From assembly GCF_016432865.1 (NCBI RefSeq), contig NC_067403.1, positions 245,334,001 to 245,398,000 on the forward strand: a stretch of 64,000 nucleotides of DNA, given 5' to 3'. This document shows positions 13,563 through 24,420 of the stretch, piece after piece. This DNA is from Antechinus flavipes (Eukaryota). Made by a program: the position numbers and the translations under genes. Position 1 is the first letter of the stretch. Each line of letters starts with the position of its first letter. Under the pieces are notes generated by a model. The model searched no databases. It saw only the letters and a list, made by a program, of their open reading frames with translations, and was not told where the DNA came from.

Positions 13563-14486
13563 ATGGCAAAGGACAATCTCACAGTTGTGGAGGGATTCAT
13601 TCTCCTGGGATTTTCTGATCTTCCCAACCTCCAAGGGTTTCTCTTTGGCATTTTCTCTGTCATCTACCTATGTATATTGATAGGAAATGGCCTCCTCATT
13701 GTCATAACCAAGATTGAGCCAAGTCTCCAAACACCAATGTATTTTTTCTTGGGGAATTTTTCCTTCTTGGAAATCTGTTACACATCAGTCACTATACCCA
13801 GAATGCTGGTAGATCTTTGGACTCATAAGAACACTATTTCTTTATTACACTGTGCTGTACAAACCTGTTTTCTCTATATTCTGGGAGTGGCAGAGTGCTT
13901 GCTCTTGGCAGTGATGGCATATAATCGTTATGTGGCCATCTGTAAGCCTCTCTACTATCCTCTCATCATGAATCGTAGGGTATGTATCCAACTGGTTATG
14001 ATGTCCTGGATTATTGCAGTTCCGGTACTGATAGAGGAGACATACCTGATTTTCTGTCTCAATTTTTGTGGTTCTAAAATACTTAATCATGTTTTCTGTG
14101 AGGCTCCACCATTAGTGGAGTTGGCCTGTGGGGACACATATAAGACAGAGGTCTCTGTTCAAGTTGTTGCATTGCTGTTTGTCATAATTCCCTTTCTGTT
14201 GATACTCACATCCTATGTCAAAATCATAATTACTATCCTGAGATTGCCTTCTACCTCAGGGAGAGCCAAGGCCTTTTCCACCTGCTCATCACATCTCATG
14301 ATAGTGTGTTTATTTTATGGGTCCGGTAGTATTGTGTATTTGAGGCCAAAATCCCATCATTCTACAGGATCAGTCAAAGTGCTTGCTCTCTTCTATACTA
14401 CTGTGACCCCGGTATTTAACCCCTTGATATATAGTCTCAGAAATAAGGATGTCATTGCTGCTTTGAGAAAACTGTTTCCTAAGTGA
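13563..14486 (+). CDS. OR10AG1-like olfactory receptor, copy 2, 307 aa (DRY motif changed to NRY)
   Basis: Intact ORF with all OR motifs; acceptor AG at 13549-13550; codon 121 is AAT (Asn) where the other four copies have Asp. Confidence 0.93.
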   Translation: MAKDNLTVVEGFILLGFSDLPNLQGFLFGIFSVIYLCILIGNGLLIVITKIEPSLQTPMYFFLGNFSFLEICYTSVTIPRMLVDLWTHKNTISLLHCAVQTCFLYILGVAECLLLAVMAYNRYVAICKPLYYPLIMNRRVCIQLVMMSWIIAVPVLIEETYLIFCLNFCGSKILNHVFCEAPPLVELACGDTYKTEVSVQVVALLFVIIPFLLILTSYVKIIITILRLPSTSGRAKAFSTCSSHLMIVCLFYGSGSIVYLRPKSHHSTGSVKVLALFYTTVTPVFNPLIYSLRNKDVIAALRKLFPK

Positions 14487-14830
14487 ATCAGATCTTAGAT
14501 TCATCAGGAAAATATATGAATTTTTTTAAAAATTCTATTTCTCAGTCCTTACAAAGCACATATTTGCTTGTTTTTACATTTCAATAAAAATGTACATAAA
14601 TGAGAGACAATCAAGAGATTCGAATCAAAATTATAGGACATCTGCCTAAAGTTTTTATTTTACTTTGCTAGATTATGAAAGAGCTGAAAAAAATTCCAGG
14701 ACTTATATTATTTCAAATATCCACAGACAGCTTGAGAGCAATTATACTGATTTCTATCACTATTCTAAAATCAGGTGAATTTATACATTTTTAAAAGGTC
14801 AATTTTATTTTATTTGAGAAAGGAAAGAGG

Positions 14831-14861
<31 letters not shown>

Positions 14862-15668
14862 GGGAACAGAGAGAAGAAGGGGGGGCAAAGAATGACAGAG
14901 ACAGAGAGATGAAAGACAGACAGAGAGAGGGGGGAGGGAGAAAGAAGTAAAGAGAGAAAGAGGGAAGAAGAGAGAGAAGAAGGGAAGGAGGGAGAAAGAG
15001 AGAGAGATTATAATTTTCATGAATTTGAAAGTCTTTCATATGCGTGAGAGAGGGTAATAGAATAAATACAAATCATCTATAAGCTTTATCTCTCATATGA
15101 AAGACCTACAAATTCATGGAAATTATGACCATTTTTCCTTTTGATCTCCTCTATTTTAGCTACCATAAGCTTCTAAAATATCTAATTCCAAATTCTAAGG
15201 CAGATTTAAAGTCAAAGATTTCAATAGTCTCTTGCTACAACATTTCCCTGTTAACATTGAATTTGCAGAAAACAAAATTAGTAAGATGTTTCTCTCTTTT
15301 AATTTAACTCAATGTATGTAATAACATATTTAATAAATTCACTAACTGTACATTTTTTAAATCAAAGTACAAGAAATGTACCCCTAACATTTTACTAGTG
15401 CCTCATGTTCTAGTCTGGATATCTCTTCTAGTTTTCTTTTGGGATCTGTTGATTTCATTCATTACTTTTTAGACCATTGAATATCCTCTCATTTTGAATA
15501 AGAAGGTGAAGTGATCTGACTCTTCAAGCTTGTGCATTCCTCTTTCTAGGTTTGTGTGAATGAAGGATGTAATCAGAATAAATTCATTTTCTGCTCTCAT
15601 TTATGCCCCCAGAAGGTTGTTTCAGATTAAACGGAAGATAATAGTATAAGTCCATTTTATATATAATT

Positions 15669-15709
<41 letters not shown>

Positions 15710-17826
15710 TTACCTACATACAAACATATGCATATGTATGGAGAAAAAGAGAAATATATAAATTTGCTATATTAAAATAAGGAACCTGGAAGATTTTCAA
15801 AATTTTATATCCTATTATCCTAATGTCAAGATGGCACAGTGATTGTGAAATAGTGGTGTTTTTTTAAGAGAAAATCCATGCATAATATAGTAATAATATG
15901 AGAGCTAATTGCATCTATATATGTATATGTATATAATGCATGTATATGTACGTACACATCCAGATATATGTTATGTATATAACGCAAACATATATACTTT
16001 CCCAATACACATGTTCAGATAGTGGCAGACACTGTGATCTAGAAGATAGAGTGTCAGGCCTGGAATCAGAGTTTGGATCCTACCACAGCCACTTATTATC
16101 TCTGTGATCCTCAGCAAATCATTTAACTCAATCTGCTCAGTTTCCTCATCTATAATGACATATAGAGAAGGAAATAGCAAGCACCAAAGTATATTTACAG
16201 AGAAAACTCAAATAAGGTTTTGTTTAGATTGAACTAAACTGAATAAATTTTATTTGAACTCAGGGCCTTGTGACTTCAAGGCTGGTGCTCTATCCACTGC
16301 AACACCTACCTGCCCTGGAGAACTATTATTAAATGAAAAATATGTTATGACATTATTTTATAAATCTTTAAAAATACTATGAAAATATTAGTTGTTACTG
16401 TGATCTAATCCGAACTCGTAAATATGAACCACACTTTATTTTTTTCTTTTCCTCAATTAATAATCACAACTACCTCCATCCCATAAGTAATATTTATGCT
16501 TAGGCAATTTAGTCATTTGCTTAATTCTTCTGTTTAAATCATTGATTTGAATGACAAAAAGGTATCTGAAATTTGTGGCAAGTAAGAAGTTGATCAGAGG
16601 TTTTCACAAATCTTGGAAAGTGGGAAGGATAATATTTCTCCTATTCTTTAATGACTAAAAATTAGAATTATCAGGTTACTATATCGATCTACTATTTCAG
16701 AGAATCAGGTCTAATTTCAACTCAACAACCAATATACAGTAGGCATATACAAATGCACTCATATGCACACACACAAAGGCATTTGTGTGTGTAAAATATG
16801 TACTTGGAAAGGTCATACTAGATTTATAAAAATAAATGTGCTTACATAAGTTTTCTAATAAAAAAATAAAAGATGCTTGAATGTTTCAAAAGTTCTTATG
16901 TCTTTAATCTTGGCTGCAGAGACATATTTGGAAAAGCAGGAAAAAAAACTTAATTTTAGAGCTATTGGTGATTTATTAGAGCTAAAAGTTCCAGACAGAT
17001 TATATTTCAAATTACAAAAAGGACTTGTCTTATTCTAGTAAGTGATCAAAAATTATTTCTGAAGGATCTTCTAGGCATTAGGAATAATGTAATTCATCAG
17101 AAAATGAAATGATATTTCTGTTTTGAAAGTAGAAATGTGGAGAGGGCCAGTATTATATAAGTCTATGTACAGGAAGAGTCCATTCCAGGTATTACTTGAG
17201 ACCTGCTCTCTGTAAGAGGGTGCAGTTCAAAGCATTGGCTCACTATCATCCCTGACAATTATGAGACATATGCTTGAGATAAATTTAAGTTATCTTGGTA
17301 TAATACATGCAAGTTGACAAGAAATCACAAATTATGAAATTTTATGACATAGATCAGTAGATTGTTACTATTAATTGCTTCAATTTATGGTTTGTCAGGT
17401 TAAGTAGATTATTATTATCAATTGCTCAAATTTATGATAGATAAGTAGATTATTACTACTGTCTACTATTTAATGTTAATATTAAGCTGGAATGGTAGAA
17501 ATGATATATACCTGTACTTTGTACTGTAGTGTACTTTGGATGTACACTAAACAGCATGAAAAAGTTTAGTGTTATTGAAATATTAGTTTAGAGAGTATAT
17601 AAACACTGGCTTTCAGATCAATAAATGTACTATTTGACAAAATCCATCTGGCTGGTGGAAAGTCATAACCCTACTCTTCTTATTCATTGGAGCTGGACTC
17701 CAACAGAAAAGAACATGGAAGTTATGTATTAAATGTTAATAAACTTAACTTTGATTTCTGGGGGAAATGTGTGAAATATTATAACTCTAGGAGCAGTTAT
17801 TGAACATATAAAAAGTGTCATTTTCA

Positions 17827-18851
17827 TCAAGCCATTCTCCAATTGATAAATGGTCAAAGGATATGAACAGACAATTTTCAGATGATGAAATTGAAACTAT
17901 TACCACTCATATGAAAGAGTGTTCCAAATCATTATTGATCAGAGAAATGCAAATTAAGACAACTCTGAGATATCACTACACACCTGTCAGATTGGCTAAG
18001 ATGACAGGAAAAAATAATGATGAATGTTGGAGGGGATGTGGGAAAACTGGTACACTGATGCATTGTTGGTGGAGTTGTGAACGAATCCAACCATTTTGGA
18101 GAGCAATCTGGAGTTATGCCCCAAAAATTATCAAACTGTGCTACTGTGCAGTGCTACTACTGGGCTTATACCCCAAAGAGATACTACAGAAGGGAAAGGG
18201 ACCTATATGTGCCAAAATGTTTGTGGCAGCCCTGTTTGTAGTGGCTAGAAACTGGAAAATGAATGGATGCCCATCAATTGGAGAATGGCTGGGTAAATTG
18301 TGGTATATGAATGTTATGGAATATTATTGTTCTGTAAGGAATGACCAGCAGGATGAATACAGAAAGGCTTGGAGAGACCTACGTGAACTGATGCTAAGTA
18401 AAATGAGCAGAACCAGGACATCATTATACACTTCGACAACGATAGTGTATGAGGATGTATTCTGATGCAAGTGGATTTCTTTGACAAAGAGACCTAACTG
18501 AGTTTCAATGGATAAATGATGGACAGAAGCAGTTACACCCAAAGAAAGAACACTGGGAAATTAATATAAACTATTTGCATTTTTTATTTTCTTCCCAGGT
18601 TATTTTTACCTTCTGAATCCAATTCTCCCTGTGCAACAAGAGAACTGTTCGGTTCTGCAAACATATATTGTATCTAGGATATACTGCAACATATCTAACA
18701 TATATAGGACTGCTTGCCATCTAGGGGAGGGGGTGGAGGGAGGGAGGGGAAAAATCGAAACAGAAGCGAGTACAAGGATAATGTTGTAAAAAATTACGCT
18801 GGCATGGATTCTGTCAATATAAAGTTATTATTAAATAAAATAAAATTTTAA
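17827..18851 (+). mobile_element. Young 5'-truncated L1 (ORF2 C-terminus, 3' UTR, A-rich tail)
   Basis: ORF2 Cys-rich domain CWRGCGKTGTLMHCWWSC and G-rich 3' UTR; 17-bp TSD AAAAAGTGTCATTTTCA (17810-17826 and 18852-18868); empty site at 33705-33721. Confidence 0.95.
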
Positions 18852-19379
18852 AAAAAGTGTCATTTTCAAACAAAAGGTCTGGTTTCAATAGAAAGAGGTT
18901 CTAATAAACTAATCTATTGTTTAAGTGTGATTACTAAACTAGTAGATACAGGGCATGCTTTAGATGATATTTACTTTAATAAAGTATTTTAAAAGCTATA
19001 AATGTGTCATTACTTCTTGATGCTCATTCTAGAGAGAACAAGGATAGGAAAAACTCCATTATATATAATTGCAGTTATTCACAAAACTGCCAATTATTCA
19101 AAGTCTACTGCAGAATGTTGAACGACAAATGTACATTTGTGATAAAGAGTATTTCTTGGAGAACTCTAGAATGCAGCCACTCACAATATGGCCAGAAAAA
19201 TGAAGTAAAGACACTATCAAGATCTTTCTTAATAACTTTAGAATTGATAGTATGAGATGGAAGATACAGGACTACAAGGCAATGCCAGGTATGACATCCC
19301 CTCATCAAAGAGGGTGCTGTGATTCTAACATAGTGATGTAATTTGGGTACTCTTTGAGAATTAAAGAAAACAACCATAT

Positions 19380-21300
19380 AATTACACATATATAGTATCA
19401 TTTTCCCATCATTTTATTTATTTATTTGCTTGTTTTCAATACACATAGTGATGGTATTCATGCTGGGAGAGAGAAATCAGAATAAAAGGGAAAAAACATG
19501 AGAGAGGAAAAAAAAAAAAACTCCCCCCCCAAAAAAAAAAAAAAAAAAAAAAAAAAGAAGTGAACATATCAGGTATTGATTTACATTCAATGTCCATGTG
19601 TCTTTTTCTGGATGGAGATGGAATTTTCTGTACAAAATCTGTTGGGATTTCCAATTATGTACAATTTATTGCTGTTTCTCTTTTGTTTCACTCAGCATAA
19701 GTTTATGTAAATCTTTCAAGGACTTTCTCATAATATTCCACCACCTTCCTGTAACACAATTTATTCAGCCATTCCCCAATTGATGGGCATCTACTCATTT
19801 TCCAATTATTTGTTACCACAAAAAAAGCTGCTACAAACATTTTTATACATGGGAGTCCTTTCCCGCCTTTATGATTTTCTTGAGATATATACCCAGTATT
19901 GGCATTGTTGGGTCAAAGGTCATGTACAGTTTGGAAGTAGTTCCATATTGCTTTCCAGAATGGTTGGATCATTTCACAGCACCACCAAAAATGCATTAAC
20001 ATCTCAGTTTTCCCACATTCCCACAAACATTTATCTTTATCTTGTTCTGTCATCTTGGCCAATCTGAAAGGTTTGAAGTAGTACCTCAGAGTTGTTTTAA
20101 TGGACATTTCTCAATAAACAGTGATTTGGACTATCTTTTTTTTTTCACATTTCTCTGTAGATGGCTTTAATCCTGTCATCTGAAAATTGTTCATATTCTT
20201 TGACCATTTATGAAGTGGGGAATGACTTGTAGTCTTATAAATTTGGTACAGTTCTTTATGTATTTTAGAAATGAGACCTTTATTAGAAATGCTGACTGTA
20301 AATCTCCCCCCCCCCCAGCTTTGTACTTCCCTTTTAATCGTGTTTTTCTTGGTTTTCTTTGTGTAAAACTTTTTAATTTAATGTTAATTTAATTTAGTTA
20401 AATTAATGTTTAATTTAATGTTTAAAAATTGTACACTTTGTTTTTTATAATGTTCTCTCAAACTTCTTTGGTCATAAATTCTTCCTTTCTTCAAAGATCT
20501 TATAGGTAAATTATGCTGTGCTATCATAATTTGTTTATGGAATTATCCTTTATGCCTAAATCATTTTTTTCATTTTGACCTTATTTTGGTATGGTATGTG
20601 AGATGTAGGTCTTTGCTGATTTTCTCATATATTATTTTCCAGTTTTCCCAGAAGTTTTTTTTTTTGTCAAATGAAGAGTTCTTATCCCAGAAACTTGAGT
20701 TGTGGGTTTTATCAAATACTAGATTACTATGGATATTCCATTGGTGGCTAATCTATTCTAATGACCAAGCACTCTCTTTTGTAGTCAGTACCAAATGTTT
20801 TGATGAATGATCCTTGATAATCTAGTTTTACATTTGGTACTGCTAAGCCACTGTCCTTTGTACTAATTTTTTCATTAATTCCCTTGATATTGTTGACTTT
20901 TTGTTCTTTTTGTTCTTAATTTTGTTATTATTTTTTCTAATTCTATAAGATATCTTTGCATAGAGGCCCATTTTGTTTGTAGGTGATAGCTTTATCTGCT
21001 TTTTGAGGAAAGAGCTTGATTTCCCAGAATTTGCATTCTGAGCTGGGACTGGAAGCTGCTTTCCTGAAATGCTTCTCTTCTGAGCCAGAATCAAAGGTCT
21101 CAGTCGCTAATCTGCTGTGATTAAAATCCTCTCACCAGCTTTCTCAGAGTCAATCTGAGCTTAGCTGAACACCCTTTTCACCCCAAGGAGACTGATTTTT
21201 CTTGAAGTTTTTCCAATCTATTTTAAAAGTGATTTCATTCTATCAGATTCAATTCAGAGGCTTGATTTTATGTATTTTTCCAAGAAAAACTGGGAGAGTT
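19380..21300 (-). mobile_element. Old antisense L1 (duplicated copy at 34300-38060)
   Basis: Minus-strand IKTTLRYY...RLAKMT...KCLWECGKTE.LMHFWW is the ORF2 C-terminus. Boundaries approximate. Confidence 0.75.
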
Positions 21301-21969
21301 CAAGAAGCTTCTTGCCTTTACTCTAGGAACTGGCCTCTACCTCTGGAAATAATCTATATATAGCATCTTTAGCTCTCTCTTTTTCTCTTTTTTTCTTAGT
21401 TTCTAAGACACCATTGAATATAATGACAAAACAGAAGCAATAGCAATTAAACAAGTCAGGTTTTATTCCATAAGGAATTAAAATTAGGAATAGACCAGTG
21501 TTAAAGTGCATGAAATTAATTGTCTATACTCAACCATCCAAAGCAAAAAAAAAAAAAGAAAAAAAAAAAAGAAAAGGGAAAAGAATTTGAAGTTCTATGG
21601 TAAGGAGCAAAATCAGGAATCACAATGCCTCAGCCATTTGATGAAATGACCTCAATAATTAAACATGACTTCATGAAAATAAATGTAAGTCTTAAACAAT
21701 TAAATAAACCAAATTGATAAAATGTTATGTATGTAATAGTAAATTTAGACAAAGTAAAATTAGAAAAGGGTGAACATGACAGGATATATTCATGATGGTA
21801 AATAGACAAAATCAAAAAATACTTGAATTAATTGCCAATGGAATACCATATAGATGACCTGGACACAGAGAGATAAAACAGATATGTTTAGAGAGTTCAG
21901 ATCCTGGTAGAGAGCCATCATATATTAGTGTCAAAAAATTTCAATTTTCCATTTGCATATTTTGATATT

Positions 21970-22465
21970 TGTTGGAATCCTTACTAACTGCTAACTAATT
22001 AGAGTTGATCTAATCTTACAAGAAGATTTTGGCCAGAATCTGAAACAAGGTACTAAGTAGAACTAATTAATACAAGGTTTGTGTTCACACCTTTACTCAT
22101 TGGAGTTCAATGAGTTCACACCTCCCTTGAAGCTCATTGGGCCACAGAGCACTATGGGAGAAAACCCATAATCCCATTCTCTCAGAAGAGTCAAAAAGGC
22201 CAGCGATGAGGGCTCTATGGCAGAATACATTTTTTCCTCTTGGCTGGCTGGTCGCAGAAGAGAGCTCAGCTGGACTCGAGAGGAGCGACTCTGGTGGCAG
22301 ACGAAGGGTTGGACATTCCATCTCTGTGTTGGTTGGAGGCTGAAGAACACAGAGGCAGAGGCTGAAGGACAGAACCTTTGGATTTGGAGACATCCGAAGG
22401 GCTCTAAGCCTCTAAACCGGCTGTGCTTTGAGAAGAACAAGAACTCCAGCATTTGAACTCTAACA
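21970..22465 (+). repeat. 5' LTR (496 bp)
   Basis: Runs TGTTGGAATCC...CTCTAACA; differs from the 3' LTR by 6 substitutions and one 3-bp indel (manual alignment). Confidence 0.97.
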
Positions 22466-22467
22466 TT

Positions 22468-22485
22468 TGGCGCCCAACGTGGGGC
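22468..22485 (+). promoter_or_regulatory. Primer-binding site complementary to the 3' end of tRNA-Lys(1,2)
   Basis: TGGCGCCCAACGTGGGGC lies 2 nt after the 5' LTR; this is the known Lys1,2 PBS of MPMV-type betaretroviruses. Confidence 0.93.
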
Positions 22486-22652
22486 TAACAGACCTCCCCC
22501 CCCCCCAGTGGATTTCAGTGGAAAAGCTACGATCCTGATTCCAGTGGAAAAGACCCTTCAACCCAGAAATTAGGGTCGCCTCCCACTCCCTTCTCCTGGT
22601 GCCGTCTCAGCCCGTCTCCACCACCACTCCCCACCCACAGAGGGAACAGAAG

Positions 22653-23255
22653 ATGAAGTACATCATTGGCATTGGAGGCATGACCAACGGAGGAAAAACT
22701 ATACTGACCAATAGACTCATCAAAACCTTACCAAACTGCTGTGTGATCCACCAGGATGACTTTTACAAGCCACAAGATCAAATAGAAGTCGGGGAAGATG
22801 GCTTTAAGCAATGGGACGTGCTGGAATCTTTGGACATGGAGGCCATGTTGAACACAGTCCTGGCATGGCTAAACAACCCCATGAAGTTTGCCCGCACCCA
22901 TGGGATCAACATCCAACAGAACTCCCAGGAATCCAACTCCGATGATACCCACATCCTCATCCTGGAAGGCTTCTTGCTCTATAGTTACAAGCCCTTGCTG
23001 GATTTGTACAGTCGCCGTTACTTTTTGGCTGTTCCATATGAGGAATGCAAGAGAAGAAGAAGTACCCGCAACTATAAAGTTCCTGACCCTCCGGGTCTCT
23101 TTGATGGCCATATTTGGCCCATGTACCAGAAATACAGGCAGGAGATGGACAACAATGGTGTGGATGTAGTGCATATTGATGGACTGAAATCCAGAGATGA
23201 GCTTTACCGTCAAGTCCTGGAAGACATCCAGAATACACTCTTAAATCGCTCCTAG
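22653..23255 (+). CDS. NMRK2: Intronless nicotinamide riboside kinase 2 (NRK2/MIBP) retrocopy inside the provirus, 200 aa
   Basis: [16 protein letters not shown]...[35 protein letters not shown]...[11 protein letters not shown]...[17 protein letters not shown]...LLNRS matches mammalian NMRK2 over its length. P-loop, D35 and E105 (human E100) are present. True start is ATG 22653 with A at -3; the GTG extension is 5' UTR. Confidence 0.96.
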   Translation: MKYIIGIGGMTNGGKTILTNRLIKTLPNCCVIHQDDFYKPQDQIEVGEDGFKQWDVLESLDMEAMLNTVLAWLNNPMKFARTHGINIQQNSQESNSDDTHILILEGFLLYSYKPLLDLYSRRYFLAVPYEECKRRRSTRNYKVPDPPGLFDGHIWPMYQKYRQEMDNNGVDVVHIDGLKSRDELYRQVLEDIQNTLLNRS

Positions 23256-23397
23256 CTTCTGGGAAGAGAGTGAGAAAGGGAGTGGGACCTGCCCGTCACG
23301 GATTTAGCAGATCTCCATCATGCCAAAGGAACAATACACTGAACCAAGTCCATAGACTCTACAGGGCCCAGAGACAGGCGCCCTCAGCTCCTGGGGA

Positions 23398-23844
23398 GGT
23401 CAAGCAATAGTAGAAAGAAGAAACAGGGACATTAAGACACTCCTCCAAAAACAAAAGAAAGGGGGAGCCACGGGTAACCCTAGAGAACTTCTAAATTTAG
23501 TTCTCTATACCATTAATTTTTTAATCTTTGATAAAGATGCACTGGCTCCAGCAAACAGGTTTTATAACCCACCAGAAGAGCAGTGTCCAGTGCGAGCAGC
23601 TCCACTATCTTTAGATAATTGCCAGGTAATGTGGAGAGACCCAGAAAGTGGTGAATGGAAGGGACCAGATAGGCTAACTGCTTGGGGGAGAGGATTTGCT
23701 TGCATCTCTACATGTGGAGAAGGAATCAGATGGGTGCCTATGAGCCGCATTCGCCTTGTCCATCGCAGAGAGATGGAACAGACCCTTGAAACAAAGGAGA
23801 AGACCCAAGAAATATCGATTGTGCTCACCATTGAAAGAGCATAG
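23398..23844 (+). pseudogene. pol: 3' half of retroviral integrase (pol remnant), open frame without its own start
   Basis: Translates as GQAIVERRNRDIKTLLQKQKKGG...VMWRDPESGEWKGPDRLTAWGRGFACIS. This includes the catalytic Glu helix of DD35E and the W(K)GP...WGRG.AC C-terminal domain typical of betaretroviral IN. Confidence 0.9.
23445..23467 (+). promoter_or_regulatory. Central polypurine tract within the integrase remnant
   Basis: CCAAAAACAAAAGAAAGGGGGAG is a 23-nt exact copy of the 3' PPT region at 24397-24419. Confidence 0.7.
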
Positions 23845-24398
23845 CTGACAAGGAGACTGTTAAAAAGACTTTTAAAATCTTCAGGAATCATTGGATTTCC
23901 TAACACAAGATGAAACTGTTTTAGTTCTTGAAAAACCAGCGAGAATCATTGGATTCCTTAAGATGAAAAATTGTTGATGAGACTTTTGCAGTACTTCAGG
24001 GCTTACAGGAACCATTGGAATCCTGGCACATGAACTAATGGACAATGGATTCCTTATGGACTATTTCTAGGACTTATGGACATGTGCAAATTTTCAGGTT
24101 GATTCATGTTGTTACATTACTACTAACCTGTGTTATATTGCTATGTGCTTTTGTAAATTATGTATAATGCCTCCCATATTGATGGATTTATGTATACCAT
24201 GTATATCTGTTACAAAGTTCTGGCCCATATTGATGGATTTATGTGTACCCCTTCAGAAACCCACTAATCTGATTAGATTTCCTATTTCCTTTGGTGTTTT
24301 CATCTCCCTTCCTGAGGTGTCAGGAAAGGCGTGATCACCTTTTTTGGGGGTTCGCACCTCCTTGAGAAATCAGGGAGGTCATGACCATCCTATGTTCC

Positions 24399-24420
24399 AA
24401 AAACAAAAGAAAGGGGGAGA
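24399..24420 (+). promoter_or_regulatory. 3' polypurine tract
   Basis: AAAAACAAAAGAAAGGGGGAGA directly abuts the TG of the 3' LTR. Confidence 0.93.

Noticed and set aside
17345-17465. About 40-bp degenerate tandem repeat with core AGTAGATT(G/A)TTA, also at about 33260-33370
   Set aside because: Three decayed units with no spacer structure; an ordinary minisatellite, not CRISPR-like.
22093-22456. Overlapping 68-120 aa ORFs in both LTRs
   Set aside because: They recur only because the LTRs are duplicates; no recognisable domain, and expected in GC-richer sequence.
22468-22485. Possible tRNA gene
   Set aside because: Only the 18-nt complement of a tRNA-Lys 3' end (the PBS); no cloverleaf.
22599-22652. 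18-aa N-terminal extension of NMRK2 from a GTG start in the ORF track
   Set aside because: Homologs begin at MKxIxGIGG; the ATG at 22653 has a good context, and the upstream part reads as 5' UTR.
24215-24229. 15-bp match (AAGTTCTGGCCCATA) between the ERV tail and the solo-LTR end at 60249-60263
   Set aside because: Too short to separate from chance without family alignments.
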